Assembly (NCBI GenBank): GCA_012295275.1
Contig: CM022673.1
Coordinates: forward strand, 620,001 to 684,000
Source of the DNA: Chrysomallon squamiferum
Lineage: Eukaryota; Animalia; Mollusca
Direction: 5' to 3'
Length of the DNA stretch: 64,000 nucleotides
Shown: piece after piece, positions 45,182 to 56,235 of the stretch
How the letters are laid out: every line of letters starts with the position of its first letter
Position numbering within the stretch: position 1 is the stretch's first letter
Program-made: the position numbers and the translations under genes
Notes under the pieces: model-generated
Told to the model about the DNA's origin: nothing
The model's input: the letters and a program-made list of their open reading frames with translations, nothing else
The model's database searches: none

Positions 45182-45641
45182 GGTACAGCGATTTCTTCAA
45201 AAAAATATGTACTGTTAATAATACTCTTATGTAACGATTTGAAAGCTATTTATAATATACAGAGGTTTTGTTGTTGTTTTTGTTGTTTTAAATTGGCTAC
45301 TCGTCACAGGGGTAAAAAATTTTAAAAATGTATTATTCATTTATGCTAAAGGGTGATCATCGAAGTATAATAATGTTTTAAATAGCTCTAATCGTAATCA
45401 TTCAAGATATTTCTTCTTACAGTCAACTATACAATGTCTTTTTTGTTGTTGTTTTATGAACAAACATAGGCAAACAAATAAATTTTAAATATTAATAATA
45501 ATATAAATTCTAAGAAAGCTGTTGAATGGATAAAATTACAGTGTTACATGAATCTTCTGATTTTTGCTGCAATTATTATTATTATTATTATTATTAAATT
45601 TTATTTAAATAATGGTTGGTTTGTTGTTTTTTTTCTTCTTC

Positions 45642-45689
<48 letters not shown>
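45642..45689. repeat. (TTA)n microsatellite
   Basis: Directly visible. Confidence 0.95.
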
Positions 45690-46306
45690 TAAAACGTTTT
45701 AAAGAAAGGCACTTCGTCAAAAGTGTCTAAATTTTCTTTCAAGAAAATCGTTTGGTCGTAATTTCCTTGAATGACGTAATAGTTTAGGCATTTGACATAA
45801 TGTGACTGCAGCAACCTTTTAATTGTTTTAAGACAAAAAAATAAAAAAAAATAATAAAAGTCAATCAGTTGTTCAGGGAAAGTGAAAGCAGCTGCGGTTT
45901 CTGCCTTATTCGTGTTCATAGTGAATAAAATTTCAATAGCGATATTTACGGTTATCCTACGTCGAATGTCGAATTTGTATATAATTACACGATTTAACAG
46001 CAAGAGACCCTTTTTCACTGTCCAAAACACTGACATGGTTGACTGATCCAATTATTTCATTTTCATATATACATTTTTAAAAATTCATAAATCGGTATAT
46101 TTTAAAAGTGTTGTTTCACTTGTTTAGTTTTTCAAAATTCATCTAACATTTTCTTTATCTTTTTTTAAACAAGGCTCATATAAAACGATTTTCTTTAAGA
46201 GTATCTCATGATCCGACAGAATTAAACAAGAAACATATTATTTGTACTAAATATATATTAAAATTCACATTAAGGTTGGTGGTTGTGGTGGGTTTTTTCT
46301 TCTTTG

Positions 46307-46309
<3 letters not shown>

Positions 46310-46354
<45 letters not shown>
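46310..46354. repeat. (TG)n microsatellite
   Basis: Directly visible. Confidence 0.95.
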
Positions 46355-46356
<2 letters not shown>

Positions 46357-46479
46357 CTACCTTCTTCTTCTTCTTATTATTATTATTAACAGTTAAATGG
46401 AAAGAAATATTTGCACTTTTAAACAAAACAAATAATTCTAAGAGTTAACTAACGAGTTTATATCAATTAATGGTGCATG

Positions 46480-46512
<33 letters not shown>

Positions 46513-48309
46513 TCATTGAAACTAAACTAATAATTTACCTGTTTGCGTCCGTTAAATGGAGGTTTGTTCTGAATGGAAAGTACGTAACATCTATTAAAAA
46601 AAAAAAAACCCCAAAATCCACCTGTTAAGGGCATTACTCGTATATTATGCATGATTCAAATTATGCCTCTCCATAATTCATAATTGTTGTATCTCATATA
46701 AAAAAAATAAAATAAAATAAAATAAAATAATAAAAAAATAAATATCGTACCATTATAAGTTTTTTCATTATTATTATTAGTAGTAGTAGTAGTATTTTAT
46801 TGTTGTTGTTGTTATTTTGATTGAAATGCATCTAATTAAGTTTTAACACAATCTTTGATATAATGATAGAAAAGAAAGTTGATTCTATTTACTTTAGAAA
46901 CATGAACTAAAATGGCTAGCATGAATAAGTTAATATGTGAATTATTTTAACAACTTAATTTTTATTTTAGTACTAAGAGAAAAATTATTATTATGTTTGT
47001 AGTGAATATAACATACAACTGGTATTTTGTACAAATACATTCGCTCGCTGACACACATACACACACAGATGAATAATTGAAATAATAATCAATTTATAAA
47101 ACTGGCAACATATACATATGCTTACTAATGCATGGTCGTGCAAACTCGTCTTATCTCCTCCTTACGTCGTACATACATGCAATAGGCACGCACCTACTAA
47201 ACACTCAAACGCACAAAGTAAAGACAAACATTTCACATTACCTTCGTTTTGCAGTTTACCTCGATAATGTGTTGTTATGAAAAATAATATATGAATGAGT
47301 TACTTTATCCTTCTTAAACAATTTCTTTTCTTTCTTTCCATACCTTTTTTGTTCGTATGTTGTTCTGTTTTTTGTTTTGTTTTTTGTTTTTTTTTTTTTT
47401 TTTTTTTTTTGGGGGGCGTCTGGGGTTGTATTTTTTATTTATTATTATTATTTTCTTAATTGAGGGAAGCTTTACAAACCCCATGACGCTGTCATAAGCA
47501 AGTTCGTATATCTAATTTAATTCAGTGAAATATATCTGTACTAATACATCTACACACAGAATATTTTTGTACTGATTAAAATGTCTTTATGAGAAAGATG
47601 AAATAAAAATTAATAATTCCTGTCATATACTTATAATTGTAAACAGAATATATTAATATTCATTGTGTACCGACAGGAACTTTTCAACGCATTTTCTGTT
47701 GCCGAGATTTTTCATACGGCATTCTCTAAGAAAGAATTAACTTGTGTAAGTGCCGACTTAAATATGACAACTCGCTTCTTTTCATTGATAATCCACTGTT
47801 CTTTCTTTCAGAGAGACTCTTTATATTTCTGTTGTCAGGAAAGGAAAAGTTTCAAAATGAGACAAAGATCACGTTTACTCAGACAATCGCAAATAATTGA
47901 AGATATTTATTTCTTCGCAAGCGCAAAGTGACACCCGCCCCCCTTCAACAAAGACACAGGATTTATTTTACAAAGATTAAGTACAATTATATTTATTTCC
48001 CTTAAATCTTCTTTCTTTTTTCATTATTCGTTAGAAAATATTCGAGAACAATAATTGCCTTTAGAGATATTGCTAATTGAGTTTAATTTTATTAACTTCA
48101 GTTAATAACCTCGAAAGTTATAAGCCTCAAACTTTCATCTGTCAACAAACATCATGTTTCGTTTTCATTTACAATTGATGTCATGCTTTTGTTAAGTTTT
48201 GACTCGTATAATCAGATTTGAATATCATAAATATGATTTATTTCTTACATTAAAAAAGAATAATAATTTATCTATCTGTGTATCTGTTTATCTGTGTATA
48301 ATGTCTTCC

Positions 48310-48346
<37 letters not shown>

Positions 48347-48659
48347 TAATAATAAATAAATAAATAAAAATAAAAGGAGATTGAAAAAAAAAAAAAAAAA
48401 AAGAAGATTTTATTGTATTATTCAGTTATTAACAAACGGAGAGAAACAAATACAATTCATTTGATTAATTCTTGATGAATATGCTGGCATTTTCGGCTTT
48501 AATTTAAGAATTACATAACTTAAAAAAGCGTACTGCAATCGGTTCGTTTATCTGATGTATATATATTTAAAGTCACTTACATTGCTTCTGAAATATGTTC
48601 AAGAAACAAACAAGCAAGCAAGCAACAACAAGGTAATGAAAAAAAAAAAAAAAAAAAAA

Positions 48660-48791
48660 AAAAAGGAAAAACGGTTTGTTTACAATAAACAAAATTAATA
48701 TAATATTACAGAAACAAACACGTTCACGTTTAGGAACGGTCACAAATATGCCGACAAGGGTTGTCTAACTTGAACAATAAAAAAGATGGCG
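48660..48791 (+). promoter_or_regulatory. Putative BCAT promoter / 5' UTR
   Basis: Local CpG retention, a YY1-type AAGATGGCG overlapping the ATG (48783-48791), and a forkhead/FoxO-type TGTTTAC at 48677-48683. Confidence 0.55.
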
Positions 48792-48809
48792 ATGAGAATC
48801 GAAGGACAT
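48786..48809 (+). CDS. BCAT: BCAT coding exon 1 (MAMRIEGH)
   Basis: AAGATGGCG start context at the end of a CpG-containing region, followed by donor CAT|GTAAGT in phase 0, in frame with exon 2. Confidence 0.7.
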
Positions 48810-51800
48810 GTAAGTTGCTATACAGAATTGTCTGCATATCGTCAACAACAATAAAATATACTTTAATAATTTGTTAATATCATATTATGATCATAATGAT
48901 TTTTCTGCCAACAAAGCTTTAAATGTATAAAAGGGCAGACATATCAAAATTTATAAAACAAGCTTATGTTACTTCTCATTCTCACCAAGTCTTGGTTCTG
49001 TCATTGTCACCTGTGTCAAGTTCTAATACTTCATTTGTTAACTGTTGTTAGTACTAAAATAAACATACACAGTAGATGACATTGCTCTTTTCATTTTTCT
49101 AAGGTAATTACATCTTATGCAGTTTACACAGACAATGTTTTTTTGTAGATGTATCTTTTTGTAGATGCAGTTTTAAGAAACTGCTGAGATACTCAGATAG
49201 TAAGAATGTTAACTTTAGACAATTTGACAAGTCAGCAGTGTAGGACATTATTATAATGATTATTAATAGGATTTATTGAACATTGAGGTTCAATGAAGTG
49301 TAACGATTATTATTATTGTTACTATTATTATTTTCTGTATGCCTGATACTTCTTGAACTAATTAAACCATTTTATTAAAAAAACGTGTTAAGATTTTCAA
49401 CAAAATGAAAAATGTTAAGTTACGGATAGGTTGGCTTTATCACAAGTTTTGTATTCTCCAACATAGTTGTGGTCTAACATTATAAATTTTATTCCATTAT
49501 CTTTAATTACCTTTAATTATTAAGCTTCAATTTATATAAATATGTATCTTGAATTGTTTTATGCATTAAATTTTTTGTTTGTTTAATGCATAAAAAATAA
49601 AAATGTTAATGCTTTTTTCATTAAATTTTATTTGTTTAGTTATTTTTATTAATATGTCTTTTTCTTACAGATGAAGAATCTTTTATGTTACAAGAGAAAT
49701 GTATTGATAAAAGTTTTTGTCAGAAATGCATCAACTGGATCTACATTTAAAGTGAGTCATTTAATTATAATAGATTATAACATTTCATAATTTTTATTTA
49801 GCCATATAAGTAATACTTATTTATGGTGGTAAATTTCGGTGTCATTTGATTTAAATATTGAATGTCAATATATCACAACAACCATCAAAAAGGCATTATG
49901 TTGAGCTGTCACTTGAATAAAATGGTCACAGTATATATCTTCATTGTGTAGGTGTGTTAATGTGTAAATGTGTGTTAAATAATTTCAAACTATATTACAA
50001 GATAAACTGAATACTTATTTTGTAGTTCTGTCAACTGAAATAATCAGTAAAAGAAGAAAACAACTTGTTTAATTTTGAATAATTGGCCTGTTTGTTTATT
50101 TAAAAAGGAGATTTAAATATATAATTTGAAAATAAAACATTACTTTTTACTGATTAAATTCATACTATTTAAATTAATATATTTCAAATATTTTATTAGG
50201 ATGTTTGATAAACCCTTTTGTTGCAGTTAAAACCTTTTACACCTTTTTTCCTTACTAACAGTTCAGTGATCTTCAAATTACTCTGACTGATAAACCTCAG
50301 CCAAAACCAGACCCAAATAAGCTCATATTTGGACATCATTTTTCTGATCACATGTTGGAAATTGATTGGAATTATACAAAGGGATGGGGCAAACCAATTA
50401 TCTCACCTTTTCATAACTTAAGTATTCATCCAGCTTCAAAAGTTTTGCATTATGCTTCAGAGGTAGGCATTAAATTTTGTTTGAAATTTGAATTACTGGA
50501 ATATTTTAGATTAAAAAGTAATTATTATTATAAAAAAATTAGACTTAAAATCTTCAACTAAATATTTAATTGATGGAGTTATCTACAAGTCTGTTTTGCT
50601 TATATTGTATACTTTATATTTATATACATTATATTAAATTAGCAATAAATATTTATTAAAATTTAAATATTGAATTTCAGTTATAATATTGTGCCCATTA
50701 TCAGTGAATAGAATGTTGTGTTAGTTGCTTTAGTCAGCAAACCCTTTTTTTATATAGTGATATATTTTCTCCTTTGGTATCTGAAAGCTGTTTGAAGGGT
50801 TGAAAGCATACCGTGGTGTTGACAATAAGATAAGGCTTTTTCGACCAATGGAAAACATGAAAAGGATGAACAGTTCTGCAACTAGAGCAGCTCTTCCTGT
50901 AAGATCTGTTTACTTATCATTTTTATTTTAAAAATATTTACTGCATTTAAGCAGATTTTAATACTCCCATGTCTTTTACTGCTGTCAGGTTTTTTATTTA
51001 GTGAACGTAAGTTTAACATACTGAACATTATTACTCTTTTATGAATTTTTAACATCTGCCTAAAAATTAAAAATAAGAATAGTAAAAAATTAAAAATTAA
51101 AAGAAAACCTATCAATGTATGTAATATTAAATACATTTTTTATTTATTTAATTAGCATTTAACTTTCTTTGTTAATGAAATGTTGAAGTTTGGTACATTG
51201 TGGTATGGTAATTTAATTTATAAATTTGTTTTTGTTGTATAATTGTACTACTGTTTATTATAATAAACATGTAATAATGGTTAATGCAACCACAGTAATA
51301 CATACATGTTGTTTGAACTGGTTAACTGAAATGTTTATATTAAACTTTAAAGTTTAAATTTATTTCAATTTTCGGTTTAATGAGATTGGTATTGAAGTGA
51401 CAAACATGAATTGAGCTATTTAATATCAAGTAATTAATATCGTCTTTAGTAAAATTTGTTGTTTCTGATTAACATTAAATTCCAATTTTGAATATCTACT
51501 TTTGCTGCATTTTCATAGATCTGTTGACTGTAAAGATAGTCTTGAGCCTTATTGTAATGAGTAGTTATTTGTTGCTGAATGTCATTAATTTCATGTACAT
51601 TTAGACCTATTTAAATATTTAATAAAATAAGGTTTGTAAGACAAGCCATTACATGTTAAATTTTGAGGTTTAATGTGTCATCACATTTTGTAATTTAATT
51701 TATTTTTGCTTCAGAATTTTGATGGTGTTGAGTTAATTAAATGCATCAAAAAGCTGGTTAGCACTGATCAGGAATTTGTACCATACTCGACAACAAGCAC

Positions 51801-54800
51801 CCTTTACATTCGACCTACTCTTATTGGAACCTCGGTAACTAATCTTGTCATTATATTTAAAATTTAAAATTATTTAGTTAGTGTGTGGACACAATATTTA
51901 ACAAAAATATTAATATTTTGGATCAGTGGCTGTGGTCATTCAGTTAAAGGTGTTAATATATTTTTTAACATTAGTGGTAACAAATAACATAATAATATAA
52001 ATGGACAAATGAATCTATACTAAACTATAATTTCATTATTGTTAAAGAAAACTGTGAAACATTTTGGAATTGTTTTTAATTTTGTAAACAGAGAAACATT
52101 CTTCTATCAAGAAGGGTCAAAATTTAATTTCTGTTTACTGAATTGAAATGAATATATATATATATATATATATATATTTTATATATATATTTTATTTTTT
52201 TATTTTATTAAATTGAAATTATAGTTTTGTTTATTAATATCTGATGACTGCTTTAAGTCTTTCCAAAAATAATGCTTATGAACAGTTTATATTACTAAAA
52301 TACAATTCTGAGTGGGTTATTAAATGTTGCAGTTTGTGTGAATCAGTGTTAAATTTATGCAGTGCTTATGGTTTGTTGAAAGAAACAGATCTTTATGATA
52401 TTTGATTTTCATGGGTGGAGGAAACCTCACATCTCATCACAGTTTGATGTTTACATCACTTATTTAAACTTAACGTCATTTAGTCTATTTAAAAATGATT
52501 CTTCTTGTTGATTCCAGATTAATTTATTGCTTTGCTGTTTATTTTCAAACCATAAGCTCTGTTATATATCCAACATCCTGAGGGTTAAAATTATTTTATT
52601 CATTGAAGTAGTCAGCTTCATTGTAGAATGCTATGGTCACTTAGAAAAGTTTTTTTTTTTGTGTTTTTTTTTTTTTGGTTAATAAGTATGATTATTCTTA
52701 AGTATACATTAGGGCTGATTAGTTTTTATATTCTTACTTTTAGCCTGGAGTCCTTTGATAAATCTGCCTTCCACATTCCAAGTTAACTTTAAAATATTCA
52801 CTTTACAAATAGTAAAGTCTATTTATTGCTTAATTGTAATTGGTTAATTTTAAGATTACTCAGTTTTGATCAATTAAATTTTTATTCTCAGGAATGTTGT
52901 TTGTTAGCTGATTACTCCATAATAGGTTTGTCACACATAGTTTGATAAATAACTAATCTAGCAGTTTAAGTAAGAATTTGAAGGGGAAAAAATATAATAG
53001 AGAATTCAAAAGTAATAATAAACATAATAATTTTTTGATGCTCACTTTGTTTAAAGTTAACACTTTTTAGAAATTCATCACCACCTTATTTTAATATTTA
53101 TCACAATTAAATATAATCTGACAAATTTGCAATGAAATGACACCATTAGTTTTATTATTACATCATTAGAGTCAGTTCCAGTAAGAATGATTTTGCTTGA
53201 CAGTTAATGGGGAATAAATTAATATCGTTTTAATGATAGATCATTGATTTAATGATGCTGTCACTCATAAGAATCAAATACTTCATCACCATTCCGTAGC
53301 AATTATGATTTGATTGAGAAATTAACCTATACAAGTAACTTAAATAGGCACGGAAACAATATCACAGCCTTTTTATACAATCAAGGAAACAGAAGAATTT
53401 TACTAACTTTATTCAACATTCTATATATCAAATGTCATTTATATAAATTATCTTGATTTAGTTGTATCTTCAAACAGACAGGAAAGCACATACCATGACC
53501 TTTTTATACATCAGTTGTTTAAACTCACAGTGAATCTGTCATTGCTTCAGTCAGCAGTTGTCTACCAAGATATTACAAAATGGGATTCCATTTAATGGGG
53601 TTAGTACATCAGAAAAAAAAATCTTTCATTTATTCCCCTCCACTAAAAAAAAAAGGTGGCAAAAAAATAATTCCAGTTCAGACAAAACAGTTTTTTTTAA
53701 TACTTCCACACAACTTTTAAGGACATTATGTTTTTCCATAACCACAAGCTATATAGATATATATATATATATATATATTTTTTTTTTAAATTACAATTTA
53801 TTAAATCTTTCTTTTATTTTAATAAGTTAGAGAGCACTGCTAGTAAATCACTGATGCATTTATATCTTTGCAAATATTTCACATATTTCAGTTGATTATT
53901 GTTGGGGATTTTTTTGTTTTGTTTTTTGTTATTACTGTTTTCAATTTCAATTTCATCCTTATTTTATTTTATTTTATTTTATTAGAAAAAATATGAGTCT
54001 TGTAGTTTGTAAATAAAAAGTTAATTAAGAAAATACTATTAAGAAATATAAATAGAAAAACAATTATTATAGTTGTAATTTGTATTTCACTAAGTAAAAT
54101 TATTAGCTTCATGATTTCTAAAACCCTAATGTAGGAAAAATGGTGGTATTTAGTTCAAAACTAAAGTATGCAGAAAAAAACAAATTAATTTATAAATGTT
54201 TCTGAAATTTTTTCTGAAGTGTTTTTTAAAAATGAAGATTTGTATTTAGTTTACAATAATGATTATGATTGTGATTATGTTTTCTAAAAGTAAATTCTAA
54301 AAACATGACATATCAATAATTTATTTGGCTTTTAATATTGTTAAAGTACTTTTGTCTACTCGTATCAAGAATCTCAGTATAATAATATTAAAAAAGCTTA
54401 ATATGTTTTAAAAAAAGTCTTAATTTATTCTAACCAAAATTAAGATAATTTAATACAGTATATGTTATCTAAAACAGTATTACTAAATTATTTCAAAAAT
54501 TAAGAATTCAGTTTTATGTACATACATACAGGTTGATATATTAAAATGTATATTTGTTTCTTTTGTTTTCAGTTTAATTAAAATAGTTGCTTAATTAAAT
54601 GTATCAAATTTTGAATGAAATATAATAAAGATTCATATTTTAAGTTATTATTAGTTTGTTAGTTGTTTATTATTATTATTATTATTTACTTACCTCACAA
54701 GCTCAGTAGTTTATTTTTTTTCTATTTGCCATGCTTGGAGCGTTGAGTTGTCTTTTCTTTGCAGATGACGTGACCTTCACCTTGGTGCAGGGCCTCGCTC

Positions 54801-56196
54801 GCCGAGCCCCACTCCTCGCACTGTGACACGGTCAGGCAGATTTGCAACTTTTCTTCCACAATTTTTCAAATGTTAATATTTTCACAGCTTTGACCTTAAT
54901 TGTTTTGGGTATATTTAATTTTTTTTTTTTTTTTTTCAATTGTATGATATTGCAAATTTGTCCCTGGAATCCCTTGTATTTAATCTTTTTATCTGTTGGT
55001 TAATTAAAACAATGTGTAGTTTACATTAATCTGTTTATATTGCGTTTATTGGTGTTGGGCTTTCCTGTTGCAGCTGGATGCTTTTATAACTTTAACATAT
55101 ATGAGCTTAAATGCTTATCTGTAGAAAAATCACATAATGTATGAGATAATAAAAATGCACTAACACGGAGACACATTTTAATATTTATGATTATTATTTT
55201 TATTTTATGCCATATATGTAGATTTTATTGTTATAATGTTACATGTGTCACTGTGCGTTATAATTATATGTTAACATAAAGGGATTTTTTACATGCATCT
55301 TTTAATAATATTCCAAATATGCAGTTTCTGGTTTAACTATGATCTCTGAATTCTGCTGCAAAAGTCTCCAGAGATCAGCAGCAAGTAATGTTTTATAAAC
55401 ACCTTCCAGTATACAGTAAAGTTTGTAATACAAAATTCTTGAAACATCTTTAAAAAGTTGACAAATAGCAAGATAGGTGCACCATCTCCTTTTGTAATAA
55501 AGTTTGTAATAACTAATGTAATTATTCTTTTAATAAAATTATATTGCATGACTGTATTGAAGAACATGTTTGTTTCTTAAACAACAAACAATTTAACAAA
55601 TTAATTGCAAATACAAAATGTATAAAAAATTAAAAAAGAAACCTTTTCATGAAACCATTTCATATGTTTTATTTGAATTACCAAATAGATACAATAAAAA
55701 GTATTATATATAAAAAAATAAATATATATATAATTTCTGCAGTAAATTTCTTATCATTATTCAATTACTGAATTTTACTTTTAGTTTTGACTGAAATACA
55801 ACAGAATTCAGATACCCAGAATATATTCCAAGTAAATACATATCTACTTGGGAAGTATTTTGTATAATTGAATTCTTACCTTTGTCTTAAAAGGAAGAGA
55901 CTTTTTTTTTAAATTATTTATTTTTTCTTCTTAAATTTAAAAGTTTCAGTTTCAAAAAAAATAAAAAATAAAATTTCAGAAAGGTACGGCATAGATTTTA
56001 TATTTGATTAAAAAGATTTAAAACAAATTAAGCCAATGATTTAAAAAAATATTCCTCGATTATATTCATTTGGTTTACCCTTACTTACAATGTTGCACAG
56101 GCACCTGTTTTTCCCCCACTGAAGTAATCATTTACAGAAAAATAAAGAACATGATATTCATATTATAAAAATTAATAAAATGTTTGGTACACACAG

Positions 56197-56235
<39 letters not shown>

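Noticed and set aside
45689-46051. Longest ORF in the track (120 aa, minus strand)
   Set aside because: No recognisable domain. It runs through poly-T tracts and lies in the promoter interval.
54759-54847. SECIS element suggested by AUGA...GA and an in-frame UGA
   Set aside because: There are no apical adenosines, the upper stem is far longer than a SECIS helix II, and the element is not in a 3' UTR.
54784-54850. HDV-like ribozyme suggested by the UCCUCGC word
   Set aside because: The required P1 and P2 pairings and a canonical P3/L3 spacing cannot be formed by hand.
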